From the IMG/VR virus record IMGVR_UViG_3300047552_000023: 34,305 nt of DNA; one strand, 5' to 3'. The notes below the pieces were generated by a model. The model did no database searches and was not told where the DNA came from. It saw only the letters and a program-made list of their open reading frames with translations. The position numbers and the translations under genes are program-made. The DNA is from a virus. Below are positions 22,443-29,164 of this stretch, piece after piece (the first letter of the stretch is position 1; each line of letters starts with the position of its first letter).

Positions 22443-22594
22443 CCGACTTTGTTGAAGACGATTCTTACGATGACGATTACATCTGTCCAGCTTGCAATGG
22501 AACTGGAGAAGGTCGTTGGGAAGGTTCTAACTGCTACAAGTGCAAAGGAACTGGCGGCTATCCAAAACAATACAGGGATTCTGATTATGAATAA
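22439..22594 (+). CDS. DnaJ-type zinc-finger microprotein (51 aa, below the track cutoff)
   Basis: Hand translation gives MTDFVEDDSYDDDYICPACNGTGEGRWEGSNCYKCKGTGGYPKQYRDSDYE. It carries two CxxCxGxG motifs flanked by acidic tails. Confidence 0.55.
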   Translation: MTDFVEDDSYDDDYICPACNGTGEGRWEGSNCYKCKGTGGYPKQYRDSDYE

Positions 22595-22694
22595 TTGGCC
22601 ATTTCCTCAATTTCTTGCTGTTCCTTGGACAAAAGCACAAGAACAAGCGTACCAACAAGCGCAACGCGCACAACTGCCTGAAAGCCCTTTATGA
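22587..22694 (+). CDS. 35-aa ORF (MNNWPFPQFLAVPWTKAQEQAYQQAQRAQLPESPL)
   Basis: An 8-nt overlap (ATGAATAA) upstream and an ATGA overlap downstream keep the coupling chain unbroken. Confidence 0.35.
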   Translation: MNNWPFPQFLAVPWTKAQEQAYQQAQRAQLPESPL

Positions 22695-22942
22695 AAATCA
22701 AATCCCAAACAATGATTGACGTTATGCAAGCCATGATTGATACAGAAAACGTATGGCTTACGCAGAAAGACAGAAACATTGACGACATGATTAACCCAAA
22801 TGCGCCCGTTGTCATTCAGATTGGCGACTATGGTTACGAAATTCAAAGCGTTGGCGGTGATGAAGATGTAGAAGGCTTTGTCATCATGTGCAAAGAAAAT
22901 CCTGTGTGCAAATGGGAAGGCATGGAGTGCATTAAGTTATGA
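22691..22942 (+). CDS. Hypothetical protein (83 aa)
   Basis: ORF with ATGA overlaps at both ends. Confidence 0.55.
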   Translation: MKIKSQTMIDVMQAMIDTENVWLTQKDRNIDDMINPNAPVVIQIGDYGYEIQSVGGDEDVEGFVIMCKENPVCKWEGMECIKL

Positions 22943-23415
22943 GCATTGAAGCAATGAAACAGGCGCTTGAGGCGTGCAAAGGAGTTTGGAACGGCGGGCT
23001 TCCGTTTCATCATGTTGAGCGCATGGGCAAAGCCATCAAAGCCCTAGAAGAAGCACTAGCCAAGCAAGAGCAGGGTGATCCTGTGGCGAAGCCAAAACTA
23101 ATTGGATGGCGAACTGCGGATTTTCTAAACGAAACAACCGACATCAGGTCGGCACGGAACTGGGAAGTTCATTACGAGGTACTTCCAATCTTTGAGGGTG
23201 ACCCAAACACAAAACTCACCACCCCACCACAACAACGCAAGCCGCTGACGGATGAGCAAATGCACGAAGCCATAGGAACGGCTGGTGTTGATTTGCTGGA
23301 GCTGGCGAAGCTGTGGTCTGATAACGAAATTCATGTCTATCAGTTCGACAACGAAGCTCGGAAAATTATTAAGGCCGTTTTGCTTCGCGCCCACGGCATT
23401 AAGGGGGAAGCATGA
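22939..23415 (+). CDS. Hypothetical protein (158 aa)
   Basis: ORF with ATGA overlaps at both ends. I recognised no motif. Confidence 0.55.
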   Translation: MSIEAMKQALEACKGVWNGGLPFHHVERMGKAIKALEEALAKQEQGDPVAKPKLIGWRTADFLNETTDIRSARNWEVHYEVLPIFEGDPNTKLTTPPQQRKPLTDEQMHEAIGTAGVDLLELAKLWSDNEIHVYQFDNEARKIIKAVLLRAHGIKGEA

Positions 23416-23726
23416 AACCAGTGGCTTACATTTTGAGAAACGAATATAACGAATACCGTCTTGAACCAATGGATGACTTTGACATTAAGACAATGCCAGT
23501 TGAAGTTGAGATTCCTCTTGTGCCAAAGCGTGAATGGGTTGGGCTGACGGAAGAAGATGTAAATGAATTGTGCTGCACTTTCATGGGTCAATTTAACAAA
23601 GTTGATTTCATCAAAGCAATCGAAGCCAAACTCAAGGAGAAGAACACACAAGAGCCAATCAAATGGTCTGACTATGAAAGCGATGGTCGAATTATCAAAA
23701 ATTATCCTGAGAAAGATAAAACATGA
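23412..23726 (+). CDS. Hypothetical protein (104 aa)
   Basis: ORF with ATGA overlaps. It contains the WVGLTEEDV...IEAKLKEKN pattern seen in small phage proteins. Confidence 0.55.
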   Translation: MKPVAYILRNEYNEYRLEPMDDFDIKTMPVEVEIPLVPKREWVGLTEEDVNELCCTFMGQFNKVDFIKAIEAKLKEKNTQEPIKWSDYESDGRIIKNYPEKDKT

Positions 23727-23878
23727 GCAAAGAAGACTTGATTCAAATGTTGCGTGGCGTAGGCTGCGATGAAAACACAGTAACAGCCATGAGCAACGCT
23801 TACGATCTTGGGTTTGAATACGCCAAAGAGACTATGTTGGCTTTGCCAGTTGTTGAGCTGCCTATGGAAGTTAAATGA
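23723..23878 (+). CDS. 51-aa ORF (below the track cutoff)
   Basis: Hand translation gives MSKEDLIQMLRGVGCDENTVTAMSNAYDLGFEYAKETMLALPVVELPMEVK. It has ATGA overlaps at both ends. Confidence 0.45.
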   Translation: MSKEDLIQMLRGVGCDENTVTAMSNAYDLGFEYAKETMLALPVVELPMEVK

Positions 23879-24165
23879 GACTAGCAGCTAAGACGGATGC
23901 CAATCAGACGCAAATTACATCGGCGCTTCGTGCGGCTGGCGCTCAAGTTCAGTCTTTGGCGGCTGTTGGCAAGGGCGTACCTGACCTGTTGGTCAAATAC
24001 CAAGGCACGTTCTATCTTATTGAGGTCAAGGATGGGCGAAAACCGCCATCAAAGCGTCAATTAACACCAGACCAAGTGAAATGGCATGAGGAATGGAAAT
24101 GCGCCTTCTTGGGCGTTGTAGAGAATCCAGAGCAAGCATTGAAATTTATTGGAGCAATCAAATGA
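23875..24165 (+). CDS. PD-(D/E)XK nuclease (VRR-NUC/resolvase-like)
   Basis: 96 aa. TDANQTQITSALRAAGAQV...GVPDLLV...FYLIEVKDG gives a D...E-x-K core. Confidence 0.65.
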   Translation: MRLAAKTDANQTQITSALRAAGAQVQSLAAVGKGVPDLLVKYQGTFYLIEVKDGRKPPSKRQLTPDQVKWHEEWKCAFLGVVENPEQALKFIGAIK

Positions 24166-24368
24166 GCGCACTAGAAACCCAGGTTGATGGAAGCCACTAC
24201 AAGAAGCTGAAGATTCAGCCTATTGAGTACATCCACGCAAACGGAATTGGCTACATGGAAGGCAACGTCATCAAGTACGTCAGCCGATGGAAAGACAAGA
24301 ACGGAATCAAGGACTTGGAAAAAGCTAGGCACTACATTGATTTGCTGATTGAACTGGAAACAAAATGA
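24162..24368 (+). CDS. DUF3310 (SaV-like) protein
   Basis: 68 aa from ATG 24162. GSHYKKLKIQPIEYI...GNVIKYVSRWKDKNGIKDLEKARHYIDLLI is the DUF3310 signature. Confidence 0.7.
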   Translation: MSALETQVDGSHYKKLKIQPIEYIHANGIGYMEGNVIKYVSRWKDKNGIKDLEKARHYIDLLIELETK

Positions 24369-24697
24369 GCGCACCACAAAAAGCCATTGATTTCATCTTG
24401 GCTAACGCAAAGCACTTTGCTGCCGCAAAAGCAAAAAGAGTGCATTTAGAGGAGTTTCGCAAGTCTAAAAAGGCTTTATTGATGCGTGATGCGATGCTCA
24501 GAGGCATTGAGGCGGCAAATGCACAAGAGCGCGAAGCCTATGCGCATCCTGAATATTTGGAGCTTTTGGAAGGCTTGGCAAGTGCAATTGAAACAGAGGA
24601 AATGCTCAAATGGAAACTAGAAGCCGCAAGGATGCGAGTTGACGTTTGGCGTAGTGAGGAAGCAACAAACCGAGCAACAGACAAGGCGATGCAATGA
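24365..24697 (+). CDS. Hypothetical coiled-coil protein (110 aa)
   Basis: ORF with ATGA overlaps. The sequence is helical (LEEFRKSKKALLM...EREAYAHPEYLELLEG). Confidence 0.55.
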   Translation: MSAPQKAIDFILANAKHFAAAKAKRVHLEEFRKSKKALLMRDAMLRGIEAANAQEREAYAHPEYLELLEGLASAIETEEMLKWKLEAARMRVDVWRSEEATNRATDKAMQ

Positions 24698-24894
24698 CAC
24701 AAGATGAAATCATGTTTATGGCAATGAAGTCTGGTTGCCCAAAAGAAAATGCTTTAGCCAATATGGACATTTTGGAAACCTTTGCCAAACTGGTAGCAGC
24801 TAAAGAGCGTGTCGCTTGTTTTGATGCTGCCTATGACGCACACGCAACCACAGCCGTATTGGAAGCAATCCGAGCAAGAGGGATGGAAGCATGA
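24694..24894 (+). CDS. Hypothetical protein (66 aa)
   Basis: The MTQDEI... N-terminus and LETFAKLVAAKERVAC pattern are shared loosely with ORF 25367-25573. Confidence 0.5.
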   Translation: MTQDEIMFMAMKSGCPKENALANMDILETFAKLVAAKERVACFDAAYDAHATTAVLEAIRARGMEA

Positions 24895-25370
24895 GCAAGC
24901 CTAGAAAGAAATACAAACCCAAAGGCGTTCGTATGGATGCTCTGACATGGGTAATCAGCGGATTTAAAAAAGTCGCAGAAGTGCCAGACGCAGGGACTAA
25001 GCTGATGATTAAGAACCACGTTTCTTTTGACGAAATTCGTGAAGGTCGAGGCGACACGCACCATGTGGACAATCTCATCACAATGGTCAACTGCGCCGAG
25101 GCTCTGGCAAAGCGCCAGCTAGGTCGTGATTGGCTTGAGGAAATCGGACAGGCTCAAGATGCAATTTATGCGATGGCACAGCGTGGGGTAAGTGGAAAGA
25201 GCTTCATTTTTACTGGGGAAGAACTGAAAGCCGTTCAAACCATCGTTGAATTGCACGATGAGCAACTACGCAACTGTCCTGTCAGGACTTTGGAGCTTGC
25301 GCTTGAGGATATTGAGCGAGAATTTAAAGCCAACAAAATGCGCCGTATTCAACCATTGGAGACAGCATGA
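24891..25370 (+). CDS. Hypothetical protein (159 aa)
   Basis: ORF with ATGA overlaps and a basic N-terminus (KPRKKYKPKG). Function is unknown. Confidence 0.55.
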   Translation: MSKPRKKYKPKGVRMDALTWVISGFKKVAEVPDAGTKLMIKNHVSFDEIREGRGDTHHVDNLITMVNCAEALAKRQLGRDWLEEIGQAQDAIYAMAQRGVSGKSFIFTGEELKAVQTIVELHDEQLRNCPVRTLELALEDIEREFKANKMRRIQPLETA

Positions 25371-25573
25371 CACGCGATGAGATCATTGAAATCGCTAGAA
25401 GTGTCAACATTCATAGGTTTAGAGCTAAGAATCTTGAAAAATTTGTTGAAATAATCTTTGAAAAAGGCAGACAGCAAGGAATGAAACAAGAGCGAGCCTT
25501 GTGGAAACTTGCAGAAATATCTCAAGAACTTGGTGGATATGACCATGATGATTCCAAAATTCAACTACTTTAG
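25367..25573 (+). CDS. Hypothetical protein (68 aa)
   Basis: ATGA overlap upstream. The MTRDEIIEIA N-terminus resembles ORF 24694-24894. Confidence 0.5.
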   Translation: MTRDEIIEIARSVNIHRFRAKNLEKFVEIIFEKGRQQGMKQERALWKLAEISQELGGYDHDDSKIQLL

Positions 25574-25856
25574 AAGCAAACAGCATTTAAAGAATGTGGC
25601 TGAACTGCCATGCCAGAACTGCTACATTGAAGGACAAACCCAAGCCGCACATTCAAATTGGGCTGAACACGGCAAAGGCAGGGGAATCAAGGCAAGCGAT
25701 GAATTCACGGCTGCTTTGTGCCAAAAATGCCACACAGAGCTAGATCAAGGCGCTAGGCTGACAAAAGAACAGCGCAGGATGCTTTGGCAAATGGCGTATC
25801 AAAAGACTGTGGCAAAGCTAAAAGCTAGTGGGAAGTGGCCTGATGAACTACAATAA
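25545..25856 (+). CDS. Cys/His-rich DUF1364 (YbcO)-like / HNH-like protein, last early gene
   Basis: 103 aa from ATG 25545 (GGTGGA 7 nt upstream). LPCQNCYIEGQTQAAHSNW...GIKASDEFTAALCQKCHTELDQG gives CxxC...H...CxxCH. Confidence 0.6.
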   Translation: MMIPKFNYFRSKQHLKNVAELPCQNCYIEGQTQAAHSNWAEHGKGRGIKASDEFTAALCQKCHTELDQGARLTKEQRRMLWQMAYQKTVAKLKASGKWPDELQ

Positions 25857-25867
25857 CTCATCAGTTG

Positions 25868-25895
25868 CCTAGTTCTTTGTTCATGGGAAACTAGG
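25868..25895 (+). other. Stem-loop upstream of the terminator
   Basis: CCTAGTT (25868-25874) pairs with AACTAGG (25889-25895) across a 14-nt loop. No T-tract follows. Confidence 0.35.
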
Positions 25896-25900
25896 TCTTA

Positions 25901-25924
25901 AAGGCAGTTCGCTGCCTTCTTTTT
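25901..25924 (+). terminator. Strong rho-independent terminator between the early and late operons
   Basis: AAGGCAG (25901-25907), loop ttcg, CTGCCTT (25912-25918), then cttttt. It lies 45 nt after the last early stop and 11 nt before the first late ATG. Confidence 0.8.
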
Positions 25925-25935
25925 GAAAGGCTCTT

Positions 25936-26364
25936 ATGGCTGGCTTACTCGCCCCTGCTGCTGAAATCAAAGTTGAAATCGAGGAAATCGAGGCAGAAAA
26001 GCCCGTCATCGAAGGCTTGACAGCAGAATCAAACAAAAAAACACGCGATACCTTGGTTGAGACTCAGATGCTCGGCCCTGTCAAGGTTGACGCTCCAAAC
26101 AGCGAATACTGGCGCGGTCTTGCTAACGTCTGGCGTACATCTCCTGACCAAGCAAAACGCCGTCTGTGCGCTAATTGCGAATACTTTGACGACCAACCTG
26201 AAACCTTGGAAGCAATGGAAGTCGTGCCACAGGATGAGTTTGACAAAGACGGTGGTGGTCGTGGTTACTGCCACAAGTTTGAGTTCATTTGCCACAACCT
26301 TCGCGTCTGTAAGGCTTGGGAAAAAGCACCTGTGATGAAAGAGGCTGAGTATGAAGATGACTAA
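25936..26364 (+). CDS. Cys-cluster protein with HiPIP-like C-terminal motif
   Basis: 142 aa with a GAAAGG RBS and an acidic N-terminal half. The C-terminus is RLCANCEYF...GYCHKFEFICHNLRVCKAWEKA. For comparison, HiPIP as I recall it reads CANCQFM...GCQLFPG...WCASW. Confidence 0.5.
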   Translation: MAGLLAPAAEIKVEIEEIEAEKPVIEGLTAESNKKTRDTLVETQMLGPVKVDAPNSEYWRGLANVWRTSPDQAKRRLCANCEYFDDQPETLEAMEVVPQDEFDKDGGGRGYCHKFEFICHNLRVCKAWEKAPVMKEAEYEDD

Positions 26365-26515
26365 AGCTGGAGCCAAGAAAGTTGGCAAAGTAATGGGCGA
26401 ATACAAATCTGGCACTTTGCACTCAGGCAAAGGTGGAAAGGTTGTCACAAACCCAAAGCAAGGCATCGCAATCGCTTTGAGCGAGGCTAAAAAAGTGATG
26501 AAAAAGAAAAAGTGA
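26351..26515 (+). CDS. DUF6496-like basic microprotein (54 aa, below the track cutoff)
   Basis: Hand translation gives MKMTKAGAKKVGKVMGEYKSGTLHSGKGGKVVTNPKQGIAIALSEAKKVMKKKK. GAGG lies 6 nt upstream. It overlaps the upstream gene by 14 nt and the next gene by GTGA. Confidence 0.55.
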   Translation: MKMTKAGAKKVGKVMGEYKSGTLHSGKGGKVVTNPKQGIAIALSEAKKVMKKKK

Positions 26516-27144
26516 TTCCAAAGCGGCTTCACTTTGTTTGGGTCGGTGACGAATCCAAACGACCAGATCATTGCATTGAGACTTGGAAAACCCTGAATCC
26601 TGACTATGAGGTGAGGATTTGGGGCAATGCAGACCTGAAAAACACAAAATGGTTCAATGCCAAGCACATTCAGGAAATGGCTAAACACGAACTTTGCGGT
26701 GTTGCCGACCTGATGCGCTATGAAATCCTTTACAACGAAGGCGGGATAACGCTAGATGCTGATTCTGTCTGCCTTGCACCGCTAGAGGATTGGCTACTAA
26801 AGCCTGATGCTTTTGCGCATTGGGAACAGGAAACCCGAAGACATGGGCTGATTAACGTCAGCGTCATGGGTTCAATTCCACAAAATCCCTTCTTTGGTCA
26901 ATGTATTGAAGACCTAAGAGCCAAGGAAACCGTCACAAAGTACAGAGCTTGGGAAACAACTGGCCCAATGCACATTACTGAGGTTTACCATCAAACAGAG
27001 TATCCATTGACTGTTTACCCTTCACACTATTTCACAAGAGATCACTTCTCTGGATATAGGTACAAAGGCAACGGTCATTGTTTCGCTACCCAATTTTGGG
27101 GTTCTACAAAAGGCTATGAAAGGGCTAAAGAGTGGAAGATTTGA
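26512..27144 (+). CDS. DXD glycosyltransferase of the Gly_transf_sug type (GT32/Och1; TcdA/B-like sugar-binding region)
   Basis: 210 aa from GTG 26512. IPKRLHFVWVGDE and VADLMRYEILYNEGGITLDADS match the LHFVWIGG / ASDILR..L...GG.YLDVD signature. Confidence 0.8.
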   Translation: MIPKRLHFVWVGDESKRPDHCIETWKTLNPDYEVRIWGNADLKNTKWFNAKHIQEMAKHELCGVADLMRYEILYNEGGITLDADSVCLAPLEDWLLKPDAFAHWEQETRRHGLINVSVMGSIPQNPFFGQCIEDLRAKETVTKYRAWETTGPMHITEVYHQTEYPLTVYPSHYFTRDHFSGYRYKGNGHCFATQFWGSTKGYERAKEWKI

Positions 27145-27764
27145 TCGAAAACAGAGACGGATGGTGGTGGCCGAAGGCTGACGTTGAGGCGTGGAAATGG
27201 ATTCCCCGTGAGATGCAGGCCATCCCTGAGTTGGTGAAGTGGGTCCCACAGCGTAATTTGGTTCTCCATGCTGGTGGCAATTGCGGTGTCTGGTCAAAGA
27301 TTTATTCACAGCTTTTCACCAAAGTCGTGACTTTTGAGCCTGATGATGTGAACTATGAGTGCTTCAAGCGCAACGTAGACGAGCAAAATGTGGAAATCTA
27401 TAAGGCTGGTCTGTCTGATAAAGCAGGTTTTTGCCGCATGGTTGAGGGCGATGGCGAGAAGAACGCTGGTGCGCTCCAGATTGAGGAATGTGAATCTGGC
27501 ATCCCAATGATGACCATTGACAGCCTGAATCTTGACCCTGATTTGCTTCAGTTGGATGTTGAAGGGTTTGAGGAAAATGCACTCAAAGGCGCAAAGAAAA
27601 CCATCATGCGCTCACGCCCGATCATCATCATTGAGCAAAAGAAGCTCGGCAAAAACGGCATGACAGACCCCGAAATTGCTATAATGATTCAACGAATGGG
27701 CTACTTTTTCGCAGAGCGAGTGTGGTCTGATAACGTCTTTATTCCTGTGGAATTGGTTGACTGA
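27132..27764 (+). CDS. FkbM-family SAM-dependent methyltransferase
   Basis: 210 aa from GTG 27132 (13-nt overlap). VLHAGGNCGVWS...VVTFEPDDVNYECFKRNV...YKAGLSDKAG...DLLQLDVEGFEENALKGAKKTIMRSRPIIIIE is the Methyltransf_21/FkbM pattern. Confidence 0.8.
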   Translation: MEDLIENRDGWWWPKADVEAWKWIPREMQAIPELVKWVPQRNLVLHAGGNCGVWSKIYSQLFTKVVTFEPDDVNYECFKRNVDEQNVEIYKAGLSDKAGFCRMVEGDGEKNAGALQIEECESGIPMMTIDSLNLDPDLLQLDVEGFEENALKGAKKTIMRSRPIIIIEQKKLGKNGMTDPEIAIMIQRMGYFFAERVWSDNVFIPVELVD

Positions 27765-27765
27765 T

Positions 27766-29118
27766 ATGGACAATGAGTACCTAAAACGAATCTATGGCTT
27801 GCTTGAGTCTGGTGCGACTTTAGGTACTGGTGCTGTCTCAGGATTGGTTGGATTGCCATACGGTCTGTATAAAGGCGTTACAAGCGGTGCTTACGGTACG
27901 CCTGAAGCTCCAAGGATTGCGGCAAGAGAAGCGCAGCAGTTCATGGAGCGCAACACTTATCAACCAAGAACGGCTGAAGGTCAGGCAAATTTACAGCAAT
28001 TGGCTGGTTTGCTTGAGGCATCCAAACTGCCGCCTGTGATTCCTGAAGCCTCATTGTTGGCTGCTATTCCAAAACAAGCGTATGCGGCACAAGCTGAACG
28101 CGCTGGTATGGCGGCTGAGAAAGCCATTGCTCCTGTCGTGACTCGCACAATGGAGCGTGGCGGTCTGCCTGCTCAATTATTGGGTGATCTGAGCCAAGGT
28201 TCTATCAGGCAAATGGATGTTTGGCATGGTTCTCCACACGGCCCATTTGGTAGCTTTGACCCAAGCAAGGCTAGAACTGGCGAAGGTAATGCAACATTTG
28301 GTGAGGGTGCATATTTAGCCCAAGCTCGTGGTACAGGTGAGACATATAGAAATTCATTAAGCGATTTTGATTCTTATGTTGATGGAAAACCATTCAATCC
28401 AGATGAAATCTCTCACATGGCTGCAATGAGCGTATATCAAGCTGGAGACAATAAATCAAAAGCTATTGATACACTAAAAGAAGCAGTAAAAGATTTAAGT
28501 TCTAGAAATACAAAATGGGCTAATGATTTAGCATCTCAAAAACAGAAAGAAATTGATTATTTGAGCAAAGTAAAAGATTTGCCAAAATATGAGGAATCTT
28601 CAAAAGGCTATATTTATAAAGTAGATTTGCCTGACGAATCTATTGCAAAGATGCTTGATTACGACAAGCCATTGAGCCAACAGCCTAAAGAGGTTCAGGC
28701 TGCATTGGCAGAGCTTGGTATTAAGGTAGATAAAAAGAAGGTTGATGAATATTCTGATTCATTGCTTGATGCTTTGACAAATCCTAACTCAACTGGGAAG
28801 CTGCCTAAACAGCCAATTGACCTAACTGGTGAACAAATCCTGAAAGAGCTTGAGCGTAATCCATCTAGGTACTTTCCAAACGCAATGGAAGGAAAGGAGC
28901 TTACGGCTGCAATGATTAACCCTAGAGCTGGCGTTAGTGATTTGCTCGCTCAGAAGGGTATACCTGGCGTTCGATACCTTGACCAAATGAGCCGTGATGC
29001 TGGTGAAGGCACTTCAAATTTTGTTGTGTTTCCAAAATATCAAGAAACTCTAAAGATCAAAGAGATCAACGACAAACCTTATGAACAATGGTTTCCTAAG
29101 ACAAATCTGCTAGACTAA
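27766..29118 (+). CDS. 450-aa protein with PARP-like H-Y-x motif set (possible ADP-ribosyltransferase-fold effector)
   Basis: The start is ATG 27766, or TTG 27757 with an 8-nt overlap. The motifs are VWHGSPHGPFGSFD, TFGEGAYLAQARGTGETY, GYIYKVDLPDESIAKMLDYDKPLSQQP and GIPGVRYLDQMSRDAGEGTSNFVVF. The N-terminal 150 aa are Ala/Gly-rich, like the ejection proteins. Confidence 0.7.
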   Translation: MDNEYLKRIYGLLESGATLGTGAVSGLVGLPYGLYKGVTSGAYGTPEAPRIAAREAQQFMERNTYQPRTAEGQANLQQLAGLLEASKLPPVIPEASLLAAIPKQAYAAQAERAGMAAEKAIAPVVTRTMERGGLPAQLLGDLSQGSIRQMDVWHGSPHGPFGSFDPSKARTGEGNATFGEGAYLAQARGTGETYRNSLSDFDSYVDGKPFNPDEISHMAAMSVYQAGDNKSKAIDTLKEAVKDLSSRNTKWANDLASQKQKEIDYLSKVKDLPKYEESSKGYIYKVDLPDESIAKMLDYDKPLSQQPKEVQAALAELGIKVDKKKVDEYSDSLLDALTNPNSTGKLPKQPIDLTGEQILKELERNPSRYFPNAMEGKELTAAMINPRAGVSDLLAQKGIPGVRYLDQMSRDAGEGTSNFVVFPKYQETLKIKEINDKPYEQWFPKTNLLD

Positions 29119-29164
29119 CCACATATCAACAACACCAACGAGCCGTAAGGAATTGGTACACAAA

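Noticed and set aside
26029-26688. A 219-aa minus-strand ORF over the start of the late operon.
   Set aside because: It is antisense to three coupled plus-strand genes with recognisable motifs, so it is a shadow ORF.
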